A model generated the notes under the pieces. That model was not told where the DNA came from, made no database searches, and worked only from the letters and a program-made list of their open reading frames with translations. A DNA stretch of 42,984 bases from Klebsormidium nitens (Eukaryota; Plantae; Klebsormidiophyceae): the NCBI GenBank assembly GCA_000708835.1, contig DF237378.1, positions 38,184 to 81,167 of the forward strand. Direction: 5' to 3'. The position numbers and the translations under genes were made by a program. Of the stretch, positions 11,238-22,675 are shown piece by piece (position 1 is the stretch's first letter; the number at the start of each line of letters is the position of its first letter).

Positions 11238-14135
11238 CCAATAACAATGGAAGTCTCGAGTGGGAGTGGCTTCGGCGTGCGAAGATCACTGGTGTTTTGG
11301 CGCCAAGGACTGTAAGCCAAGTCTCATTGCCAGCAGTCGGAAGTGACTCAACAGTGGTTGACTGCCAAATTAGACAAGATACGTAGGTAGGAAGATGAGC
11401 CGGTTTTGCATTCAAGCAGCAACAGACACAAGCAATGAAACTCGAAAGGAAAATGAAATGAAACGGAAACAATCAGAACAGGGATCCGGAACACTGAGCC
11501 GTTTCTAGAAACCTACGTCACTGTTTCGCTGGCAGGCGGACCAACAATGTCAAAGGATTCCACAGCCGTTGAAACAAAAAAGGTGGTTTCAGGCTCACAC
11601 AAAGCGGTTTATCGTAACTGCAATCACCAGCGGATTTTACATAGCGTTTTCAAGTGTTTCTCTGGCCTCAACTACAAAATCTAATGCCACACTCTTTGAC
11701 CAACTGTAACGTCAGCTCAGACTCACACTCAGCTTGATCTCAGTTTCTTCGCGTCAGCACCTCCGTTCACAAACTCCAGTAACCGCTTCCCGAGCCCTCC
11801 TTCCAGCAGCTCATCTTCCAATTTCGACGCGTGGTTCTCTTCCCCCGGTCTCCTTTCCGCCCCTATCTCGTTCCCCCGCCCCGAAAAAACCACGGGGGAT
11901 CCCTCTCCGGGCGTTCTTTCCATCCCTGATTCTCCGCCTCCGCCTGCTAACCCGCCCCGGTTATCTCCCCCGGTCATCTCCTCAGTATCTGTATCCGCCC
12001 CAGTATCATCCCGGTTGTCTTCTTCACCAGGTTGGTTGTCGCTCGCATTCCCCTCCGCTTCTTGTCGGAAAGAGTTCGCTTGGTCGGCGCCGCGCATGGA
12101 AGTGCTCGGGGGAGTGTCCTGAGCGCCGTAGTCTTCGCGGGAAGAGGTCCCCGCGTCAATTATAGGCTCCACGTTCACTGGCGGCACGGCCTGTAGCGAC
12201 AGCAAAAAGAGCAAGGAGCTGGTTAGTAAGTTCTTGGTTAAAATCCTTCTGTAGGGCTTGGGTTCTCTAAGGGCGGATTCGGGGACCTCGTATGGGTAGT
12301 CTGAGCTGTTACATTTTTCTGGGGAGGTGCTCGGGGGAGTGTCCCGGGCGCCGTGATCCTTGCGACAAGATGTCCCGGTGTCGAGCGCCGGCTCCACGTT
12401 TGCTGGCGGCACGGCCTGTATCGGAAACAAAACATTTCAAGTATGTGGTTAGTTAAGCTTTGGTCAAAATCCTGTTGTAAAGTTTAGTGTTCCGTAAGGG
12501 CTGATTCGGGGAACTCGTATGGGTAGTCTGAGCTGTTTTATTGGTCTGCGGAAGTGCTCGGGGGAGTGTCCCGGGCGCCGAAGTCGTTGCGGACAAATGT
12601 CCCCGCGTCAAGTGGAGGCTTCACGTTTACTGGTGGCACGGCTGGTGGCAAACAGAAAGGTTGAGTGGATGGTTTAGGCTGCTTGAATATTACCATTCGC
12701 AGAGTTCGGGGACTATCCAGAGCTGATTCGGGGTTTTTGTAGTAGATTTGAGCTTGGTCGAGCTTCATCGCGGCAGTGGTCGGGGGAGTGTCCTGGGCAC
12801 TGTAGTCTTCCCTCAAGACGACGGCGTGGCGTCCAGCGCAGGCCCCCAATCTACTGGTGGGACGGCTTGTTGTAAACAAAACGTAAACTGCAATCGACGG
12901 TTACGAACTGCTTGTTAATAGTCGTCTGCAAAGTTTAGGGCTTGATGAGGGTCGATTCGGGGATCTGGGGTGGTTGCTTTTGTATAATTACGCAGTGCTC
13001 GGAGGCATCTTCCGGGCGACACAGGACTCTTGAGACATGTTTGGGTTGTCAAGCAGAACTTCTAACTCAAGGCCTGAGGAGCAATGAGAATCTTCAGGTC
13101 AGCTTGTTTCAAAGAAGTCATACGTTTCCGACTCGTGGGTGGCCAGCTTGAAACCCATGGGACAGGATAACGCCCACCGTCTCATCCACATCATAATTCA
13201 AGGCTAGATGAAACCACTGCTTTTGATCAAGCACTGCGGGGTCTGAGAAACGGAGACGAATTTAGGAGAGTTCTGGTCATCGAGGTCGGATATCTGAAGC
13301 CAACAGATATGCAGTGCTCACCCCTCGCCGATATGTGGTCCCGTCAATATGCGTAACGTAGCCCGCTTCTCGAAGCAGCGCACGGATGTACTCAATGTCA
13401 GGAGCAGTGGAGGGGAGGCCGTATCCGCCATAATTTCGCAGGCCGGAGATGATGTTCGCCATGATCTGCACAACCCAAACGTCAGAGATGACGTCAGATG
13501 GGGGAGATAAGCGTGGAATACCGAGGGCTATGATCAATAAATCAACCCTTTCAGTCACAAAAAGAGGGTGTCTTGGAGCAGTGCAGGGAGAGGTACAATG
13601 ACCAGCGATGGGATGTGACGGGCCCCGCTGACGACTTGTGAACAGAATACTAGGCAGCAGCCTGGCGCGGCGTCAAAGTTGAGGTTTGAGGGGAGGAACG
13701 TGGCATTTGGCCGCGTGGTGGACGCCATCAACCTCGAAAGCCCAGACTTGAACGCCTAAAGTTTTAGGCCTAAAGAAGAGACATGACGTGGAACTACATG
13801 AGATCTTGCATTCGTAGATTGGAAGTGACAAAGTCTTTGTACACGTCGTCGTTGACATTCCTGACCACAACCTGAATAAGGTTGTTTCAGCGTGCTATTA
13901 TCGCCGCTCTCCTCACACTAGAGGTACGCAGCTAAGTAGCTCTTAGTCTGAATGAGCAGGGCGTTCCACGAGTCGTCCGAAGGAATGTTAGAACTTTCTA
14001 AAGAGTCCTGATAGAGATCACTTACTGCTCTCCGCACCCGCTCTCGATCCCGCCGCTTCTCCGCATCCTTCGCCTTCGGAACCTCGCCAATCATGTTGGG
14101 CGGCCGCCTCGTGGGCGTGGACGCAGGGTTTGTGC
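11238..14135 (-). pseudogene. Degenerate multi-exon gene of unknown product (host- or transposon-derived)
   Basis: Exon-like blocks with canonical splice sites: 14135-14026 (GTAAGT donor); 13871 onward (VVVRNVNDDVYKDF, in-frame TAG/TAG/TAA near 13796-13764, then a frameshift); 13465-13322 (IMANIISGLRNYGG...RRG, GTGAGC donor); a GTATGA donor at 13123; 12190-11727 (acidic/Gly-rich, 1 nt short of phase, GTGAGT donor); 11361-11238 (GTACGT donor). Phases between 13322 and 13123 are not resolved. Confidence 0.45.
12090..13090 (-). repeat. Tandem array, about 225-bp unit, 4 clear copies plus 1 degenerate; each unit is an intron 3' end plus the exon 5' start
   Basis: Unit starts on the minus strand at 12866, about 12642, 12415 and 12190 (CAG|GCCGTGCCGCCAG...GGACACTCCCCCGAGCAC). 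A degenerate copy lies at about 12950-13090. Confidence 0.9.
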
Positions 14136-17100
14136 CTGCACGAAGCCAAATGAATTTTACTTAGACAATGACTTTGGTTTCTAGTCAAACAGTGGCTTCG
14201 GTCACATAAGAGTGTTATTTTGACGTTGCAAGGCATATCTGTAAGGAAAGGAGAAGAAATTCTGCGTCCCTCGTCTGAATGGGCTCTTGGGGACTTTAGG
14301 CACCGACAGCTGTGCATGAGGCTAATTCTCACATCACACTTTCAGGCAATATGTGGCTCTGCGACCCAACTCGTTACGGACCGAGGCTTTACGCTAGAGA
14401 GAAGTTTTGGGCTAATTGACGTACACAAGGGAAGTGCGAAGATACAAGGCAAGGCCCCACACAGCCGCACAAGATGCCGAAGAAAGACTGTGCGCTGGAA
14501 ACTTAGGCGCGCGCAAAGTGGAGGACGAGAAGCAGGTACGTACTGGTCATTTATGGTTGAACAGGTCTTCCTATAACGTCTCGGCAGGGGGCCCGTGCTA
14601 AAGTAGAGCAATCAATGCTTAACGCGTGACAAGACAGTGTGCTGTCTTATATATTTGGCCCAGGCCAGCGGCTCTTCCTTTTGACAACTAGGTTGGGTTG
14701 GAAAGCCCATTCTTTGTCACCAGGGAGCATCAAACGACCAAAATCTTCATTAGCAGGTCAGTCAATCGACCTGCCAGAATGTTGGCAGTGCATCTTTACC
14801 CCGTGTTCACAAAATTCAAGCACCCAAGTGCACAATTGCGTTTGCTTGTGCTCGAATTTGAAAGGTATAAAAGAAACATCTCGCAAACAATTTGCAGGAT
14901 TGACGCAGTCTCTTCTTATGGAGACTAAACTGGTTTTAAATCCCGTTTCGATGCTTCAAGCGGATGGTAGTCGCTCAGCACTTGGCTTCATATAGCCACA
15001 CCCCGCTCCCTCTACTTTCTCTGACAAAGCAGCAAACGAATTACATTAAAGAGCCACTCCAAACCTCTCACAAAGGCCGACAGAACGTTTGTGAAGGTTC
15101 TCCAGTCATTCGGGAAACTACGTTGCAGCCCACTTTCCCCGGCTCCCTCAAATCGGCCCAAGCGGATCCTTTCGTGGAGGCATTGCGAATGGAGGCCTAG
15201 GGCAGAAAGCCGACGGCAAGAATTCTGAATAACGACAAAAGGGGTCGACTAGGGGCAGGAAATATCCTACTTTCCTTGTGGATAGAACCACTCTAGCATC
15301 AGACCACCTTAGCATCGCCACTCTCTTGGCAGATCATCTCTTTACGCGGACACGCCACTAGCGATGCCATCACAATTTTCTGACTCGTCAAACAGTCCAA
15401 CCGACCGTGAGGATTTCAGGGAGTCACATCAGATTGGTTTAGAATCTAGTGTAAGTACACTTGGTCTTCACTCGCAGCAACGACAGCGGTCACCGGCAAA
15501 AGCGACCCAGTGCAAATTACGCTTGTGAAAGTCTGGCATCAGCCGGATTACGTGCGTCGCTTTCAAGGCAAGGACATTTAGCGCACATGGTCATTGGCAC
15601 TTCTTGAGGCCTTTGATAAACTACAGTAAGCGGCGTCGCTAGAGTAAGGCATAATGTTCACCAACACGTGCCGCCTCTTCCCCAAGGAGACGCCCGGTTT
15701 CGGGAATCAAAGACTGGACACTCAAGGTGATTACCAAGCTGCGAACGCAATAGCGACTTGGTGTCTCTGCAAATGTCACCAAAGTGGAATATGTTATATG
15801 AACGAGAAAGTAGTGGCCACAGCAAACAGGAGCATCTCGCAGAAGAAGGTCAATAGACAACTGTCCCCGTTGGCAGGGCAATCGTTAAGGCTATCTGCTG
15901 TACATGAAAAGGAGTAACAGTCGGCTCTGAATCTTTCGTCCACGTTCAGACTAAGTGACCACAATTTCACATCCAGCCAGACTCGTCAAGAGAAAGCACG
16001 CAGCATCAGAGCCACCTCTCCGTTCTGGCTGCATATGCTCACACCAGACGGATATCATCAAAGCCGCGCGCTTTTACTGTCAGCAGATGTGGTCTTCACC
16101 GAGCTGTACAGAGAGCACAAGCTGAGCCGACTTGAACCCGTGTCCCTCTTTTTAGCTAAAGCCGAAATCTGCACAGGTTGCAAGGACAGCGATGTCATAA
16201 CAGTCCCACAAGCAAACCCGTCGACCGGGTCACGTACTCGCAGCAAGAATCTAGGATCCACCGGCTCCAAGATAAGCTATGCTTCACCAGATAGCACAAA
16301 AGCGAGCAATTCCGAAGGAGCATTCCCTTCGCAAACTTGATGTCTACTTTCACCCCAATTTCATGGCTTGTCGTCTTTCAATGAAGCGTCAGAGGGGCAA
16401 AGGATCCAGACAGTGGGCAGATCAATTTGCTCAAATGACGGCTTGCTTGTCACTGCCCCATACTTGTAACCCATGAATTAGTCAGCATTAGCGCACTCGC
16501 TGCATCTTCAAAGCTCTCGCTTTGGAAGCGAGGCAAGTTGTGAGCGCATTCGACCGTCGCCCCTGCCTCAAACCGATTCTCATAGAGCTTAGTGGCCGTT
16601 GTAACGCTTAACATGACATGCTGCCCCTTTTACAAAGGGGACGCTCCTTCCCAGCCTTCAGCTTACGGCTTTACGAAGCCTTTTGCTGCATACACTGGGC
16701 ATGTAGCAGCTGGAGCTTTAGAGTCTCAGTCCAGACAAGTGACGCCGACAAGAATAAAATATGTGATAAGAAAGTGATCGCCACAGACAGGGAACGAATC
16801 GACGAAACAGATGAGTGGAAGAACGTCTTGATCGGAGAGGCGAACACCCCAGGCTGACCGGTTTGCATTACGAAGAGCAAAAGTCAAACTTTTCTTATAC
16901 AGCCAGACAAAATTATACCCACTTCTTCAAGTGCTGTCGTGATCGTCGAGAGAAAGCACACCCAGCGTCAGACCAATCCTCGTCTCGCTGCATATGTCCC
17001 AAGCAGAAGAGTGTCATCGAAGCCCCAATCTCTCAGTAAAAAGTATCCTTGGATTGAGCAGGTTTTGACAAGGTAAAAGCTAGGACCGACTCCATCCGTT

Positions 17101-17977
17101 ACCTCTTGCTCAGCTAATCCCGTTTACGTTTGAACCATGCACGAACAGCGCTGCCAATGCAAAGTCGTATGCGAAGCCGTCGTTCGCTTCAGAGTCATTG
17201 CGGACTTCTGTGATCAAACAGCCTCAGCATAACTTTGTACGAGCGTCAGTGTCGTAATTTCGCATCCAACTTCGTAGATCGTCGCAGCTTTATACGGGCG
17301 TCAGAAAGCGGACGGCAATGATAATGGGCGACATGATGTGCCCAAATGACGGCAGCTTATCACAGCCCCAAGACAACGGCTGAACAATCGGACCGAATTC
17401 GTCCGGCCATCCGAGTCGTTTGTGCAGTCCAGGAAAGAGATTCAGACAGTAAGTTGAGGGGCTCCACAAACTCGAGGCAGGCGCTCATGCAGAACGGAAT
17501 GAGACCACGTCAAAGGGTTTGCGAATACAGACTGTCAATTGATGAGGTAATCAACACGTATTCTTTGAATATGAGAAAAAGTGAACAAGTTCGCGCCAGC
17601 GGGTCAGGACAGGAGCGACTCAAGAAATTGTGGAAGCTTCAGCAAGACACCGACGGGGATGCTGCTTGGAAAGGAAAACACAGTGATTAGGAGATATCCA
17701 GTATCGACTTATCCCAAAAGGCGCCAAAGTCGAACTATCAGAAGAGCGGTCCTTCATCGTGTCACCAGTGCTGGCACGACCTCAAGGTCTCAAATTGATT
17801 CAAACCGAGAAGTCAAGGAGCAGAGCAGAGGACCAACATTGGCCCAGATGACGAAAGAAAAGCCAGAACACATGGTGGCTTCTGAAAGCGGAGCTTTGGC
17901 ATTGCAGAGGCTGCCAAACGCTTACAATCACTGCCACCCCTCTTGACTGGAGCCTTTTGGTGGCTTTGTCCGATGTT

Positions 17978-19855
17978 TCAAGCGTTTGTCCATCCGCTAC
18001 TCTCGACCTCCCTCTCCAACTTTGCTTCCAAAGCATCTATTCGCAAACCTGCAACTTTCAATAGAACGAAACCAAGGGAACTTTTGGTGATTCGCAAAAA
18101 GGAAAGCGAAAAGCTCACCAGAGGATGGCGCGTATTGTTGCGTCTGGTGGGAGAAATTGAGCTGGAGCACTTGGCCCGGTGCCGGAACAGGGCCCCCAGT
18201 TGGAGAGAAGCTGACTGCAGAAGCGAAGGGGGAGGGATTGGGACGTTCCAAAAGGCACTTACTTAGCAAAACTCATCCATGCGTCAAAAAGTAGAGGATC
18301 AGGCCGGTCAGGCAGGTCCTCTTCCAATTCAAAAAGAAGCGAAGGCACGTTCGAAGTAGAGATGGGAACGTGGAGCTGTGAGTTAAGATGACTAATGAAG
18401 GGCAGAGAAGTCAGAGGGTCGAGTATGGCGTGAAGCGAAATTGACGCAATGAACGTGGCGTAAAAAAACGAGGATATTTAGAAAGTATTCCTGCCTTCGC
18501 CCCACTCTCAGCTGCACTTGCTTCTGCGATTGAAGAGGATACCCTTGCTCAGCCGCTTTGTCAAACGCAGACTCGGACCGCGCAAAAAAAGTTCTTTTCT
18601 GAACGGCAGGGCAGAAGAAGCGATATCGAAAAGAGGCGGTCCCCATTTATTTGAGGACTGCAAAAGCTACTTGAATGTGCCGGGCACTCCTTGAGATGAT
18701 CAAATACGAAAAAGGGGGTATCTTATTATCCAGAAGCAAAATGCTTGGCATGTTTGAGGTCACTTCCGACGGGGAACCGTTAAGGGGAGCCGTGAAAGAA
18801 CTTCCCCATGTTTCTATCTGGCAGTATTCCTAAAAATTCCAATAGTGATGAAACCAGGAATAAGTGAGGCATTTGAAAGGAAAGTGGAGAGGAGAACGCT
18901 CACGGTTCGGAAAGGAGCCCGCCACCGTATACAGGTTCGGATGCTGCGGGTGCATCATCATGGGGGGTTGCGGCATGCCCTGCGCTCCAGCCACATGCGA
19001 AGCCCCCGGAGGTTGCGCCGGCAGAATCGGCCGCTGATGCCCCTTCTGGTGGCTGTTCACACTATCGGTCTGCTGTGCGACGGACCCGTTATTAGCTGAC
19101 CGGGGTTCGGTTTTGGGGCTATTTACACCAAGTTGTTGTTGTAGAGCGGCTGGCCTTGGCTCCTCGCCAGCCGAGGGCCTGTTCACACCAGTCGAATCTC
19201 TGGGACTGTTCAAACCGCTCGGGGTTTGGTTCTCGAAGGCTTTGACAGCGTAGGGACTGGTGGGATGGTGAATGCCCGCCATCAAGAGCCTTGGCAAAAC
19301 GGGACTGTTTACACTGGACTGAAGGGGCCCGTTCACACTGCTCAGCAGTGGACCGTTCAGGCCGCCTGGAAGGAACCCGTTTAACCCACCCGGAAGGAGG
19401 CCGTTCACACTTTCCCCTTGCTGCTCAGCAATGAGCCGGCTATTCATGCTGGTGGGGGGTAAAAGTTTCCAGTCAACGGGGCGGTTGCTTTTTCGATACC
19501 TCGGGATGTGAATAGGCGCAGGCTGACTCCCAGATTGACCTGATCGGTGCTTGCCTTCAACAACCGGTATCTCAAAAGGAACCGCGCTCGGAAGGTTTGA
19601 CACATCCAGCTGGACTGCGCCCTCGCTCTTGACTTCTATATCCCCAGCAGTGTCAATAGTTTTTGTGGGGGGGTTGCCAATTGAGTTGACGAAACCCGGG
19701 GGGGTGGTATTGGCATGCCGATAGGTGGAGTTAGGAAGCTGAGAAGCTACGGGGGTTGTCTTTGGTGGCGGCTGTGTCTCGTGTTTTATGCGACTGGATG
19801 CCGCCGGTTGTTCGTCCGGCTCTGCTTTTGGATCGGTCGCGCCGTCTGTCGCCAT
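17978..19855 (-). CDS. Probable orphan gene, Pro/Ser/Gln/Gly-rich low-complexity protein of about 372 aa (3 coding exons proposed)
   Basis: A 952-nt stop-free exon runs 19855-18904 and ends at a C|GTGAGC donor (phase 1). Exon 18214-18119 has a CTGCAG acceptor and GTGAGC donor (phase 1-1). Exon 18048-17978 has a TTGCAG acceptor and encodes the coiled-coil-like LRIDALEAKLEREVE before TGA. An upstream acceptor lies at 19922. No recognisable domain; the 3' structure is uncertain. Confidence 0.5.
19303..19412 (-). repeat. Coding 24-nt (8-aa) tandem repeat
   Basis: VNGLLPGG-LNGFLPGG-LNGPLLSS-VNGPLQSS-VNSP within the 19855-18904 exon. Confidence 0.8.
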
Positions 19856-20699
19856 GACCCTAACCCGTGATGAACCCCTCCCCCGACCCCGCTCTCTCGA
19901 CGCCCAAAGCGCCCAACGCGCCTGCGACAGGAAGGCAAAGTGAGCAATTTGCAGACTCTACTTCAGAAACGGATGAAAGTCCAGGGCTGGTTTTGTTACT
20001 ACATATTAACTGTAAAATGGGCTCTGAGCTCACGGTATCCTTGCGCATTTGGACACCGGGACCTGGTTGCGCCTGCAATATATCCTCTCTTCACACGGAA
20101 TGGGCTAGTATGCAATTTGGCTCTTCTGGCCAATGGTTTGCCAGGAAAAAGCCCTTTCTTCGGAATCTCCTTCAGGGCTCCGATGCAATGCATTTGAAGA
20201 TTGCATGCGAAGAACCTTGAGCGCCTAGGGCACGCCTCGAACAGTCACAGATGCATGAATACTAAGCCGACGTACATTCTGCAAAACAGGTCAGGGCAGG
20301 ACAAGTGTCCGGTGTAAACTTGTGGTTTTCAGCAAAAGCGACACCAACACTTGAAAATGGATGCAATGAGTTGTTGAGTCGCAGCGTCTGCAGGAATGGT
20401 GGTCATGACTAGCCACCCAAAGGTGGAATGTTTTTTCTTATGGAAGCTCGAGCAGGCATGTCTCCATTTTCGAAAACTGTTGCACCAAATGAGTCAAGGT
20501 GCTAGAAGATTTACAAGCTTTTACATCAGAACATTCTTGGACCAATGAACGCTTGTATCCAATGTGTGACATGTGAAAAGAATGAACCGAAAAGACAATT
20601 CAACAACCATCTTCCAATGTCAGTGTCTCCAGGCTGGAAAATATCATTTAGGAGGTAGAATATGACCAAGAAAAGGCAGCGTGCTCTTTGACTGCGGTA

Positions 20700-21470
20700 C
20701 TTATCCAATCATTCATCATAGAAGAAGCAGAAAAGTAAAGTAGACTCCCAAGTTTGACTTCCACTCCAAGGTACACTCAATGTAAGTCTGCAGGCATTCT
20801 GTCAGCAATTTGAGGAATACGACCACCCTGAGAAAAATGGGGGTCAACTCAGCCTGTCAAGAAAAATCTTTTGAAAAATTGCATGCGCAACTACGAAGAT
20901 TCGTCGGTGACGAACCACAACTGACAGAGCTGGAGGAATCAATGTGTTGAGTAGTTTGTCCTGAACCATCAATGTTTCCAGCACCCTGACATTCCTCCTG
21001 CTTTCCCAAATAAAACCATTCAAACCCTGTCCCAACTAAGATTCTCACCTGTCCTGTCGACAAATCGCCCAATTTGGCACCTGACCCGAAGACTGCGCCC
21101 AATTGGTCGAGCGCGTTTGAAGCCACTGGTCCACGCAGAGTGCCCTCTTCAAAGCTGAGACACAATTTTCTTATCCCTACTCACTTGCTGACTTGTGCAT
21201 TGCTACCAGCATTGCTTTAACAGGATAAGGAGCAACTGGCGTAGTTCGTTTTAAGGCCAGGGTGATGATTTCTGTCAGCAGGGACGCATTGGGATAATCG
21301 GTCGGAGCAATGGCTTGAAAGAGCTGCAAGAGGAGTGACCAGTCATGAATTGGAGCAGACACGGATGTCCGTATGCTCCCAGCTTGCCTTCCAGCCTTCC
21401 GGCGTGTGCTTTGCCTTTGAAATTGAAGAGGGATTGCTGCAAGACGTCGACACTTACAACAGGCTGCCAC
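20700..21470 (-). pseudogene. Degenerate spliced coding fragment, product unknown
   Basis: The frame WSLLLQLFQAIAPTDYPNASLLTEII...SE*G*ENCVSALKRALCVDQW...RQDR ends at an AG|GTGAGA donor (21048). It joins in phase to a TTTCTCAG acceptor (20828) giving VVVFLKLLTECLQTYIE. Two in-frame stops lie near 21180-21170. Confidence 0.3.
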
Positions 21471-22675
21471 CGTAGCAGAGCTCTATGCAGCAGAAGGCGC
21501 CAAACCAAACTAGAAGCGGGCGAGTCTGGCAGCTAACCTTGATTTTGCATCAAGGACCGAGCTGTACTGATCGTCGATGAACAATTTCTCATCAGATCGA
21601 ACGGATCGTAAGGGAATTTCGCAAAACTGGGCTATGAAAGCCGTCGATCAAGCTTTCAAAAGCATCGACGAAGTTACACTCAAGGTTTGGATTTGAAAAA
21701 CCGTCATTGTTCATTTGATGACATCACCATGCTGGTTCTGGAATGCGCGCATAGGAAATTATTGCCACTGGCTGGCAGGCGGCATCGGTGCATGATTGCA
21801 TCATGATCATGGCAATTTGCGAGCAGCAAATGCAGTGCAACTTCTAGGGAAGAGGGTGTGGTGCTGATTTGAGAAGGGAAGAAGTTTGTGTGTGCTCATG
21901 AAAGGCATTCTTGCCGATTCTTGCACGCATTTGATACCCATTTGATACAAGAAGTGCAGATTCGCTGAGTCGAAGGAGTTGTTCCTTTTTTGGTGGCCGC
22001 AGCATCCGATTGCACCACCACCCAAGCAGCTCTAGCTAATCTCAGTACTCACACTCTTTGTCAGTTCAACAAAGCACACGAGCTTGTGATCCAGTGGGTG
22101 TACTGTAAGCAATCGCACTCTGCCATCGGTAAGAACCTGATCTGAATGCAATGAACACATGATTCTATGTTGGAAAGTGGCGCCGGCGTTGTCCATCTTT
22201 GCTGCACGTATTTCTCACCAAAAGTGGTGGTGTGGAAACCAACTAAAAGCACTTAGCTTAGTTCCCGCTTGATCGAGTCTGCTGCATCTCACCACCAGCT
22301 TCTGCATAGCTCAGCAAAGTGTTCAGCCAGCTTTCTGTTAAATAAAGAGCCTCCTCACCTTATTGCATATGTCAGCTCTAAGTTCCTTTCCAGGTTGAGC
22401 TTTTATGACAGACTCTCTTTTCTGCTGACGTGGTGATAAGCGGGGAGAAGGCTTCCTTATGAGGTTCCAGACTCTTTGTGTGCTTTCAAATTGGGATTCT
22501 TTGCTTCATCAATCTCTTGTGTGTAAGCGTCACTGGAACCACTACTTTGATTGTCCTTCTCTTGGGAAGGGAACCTAGACCACTACTTCCAAAATTGTAA
22601 GCTGCAAAGGTTGAATTGCAGATAGTAATGCAGAGAGTGGATTGTCTCTACAGGTAAAACTGCTACACATAAACT

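Noticed and set aside
14780-14900. Minus-strand Cys-rich ...EFCEHG... as a KDZ/CxC transposase motif
   Set aside because: The downstream conserved motifs could not be found in any frame.
18215-18375. Extra exon ending at 18263 followed by a 48-nt intron in the orphan gene
   Set aside because: Its phase is incompatible with the flanking exons, and the intron is much shorter than the others in the window.
19857-19866. ACCCTAACCC (also near 42057) as telomeric or telo-box sequence
   Set aside because: Fewer than two full units; expected by chance.
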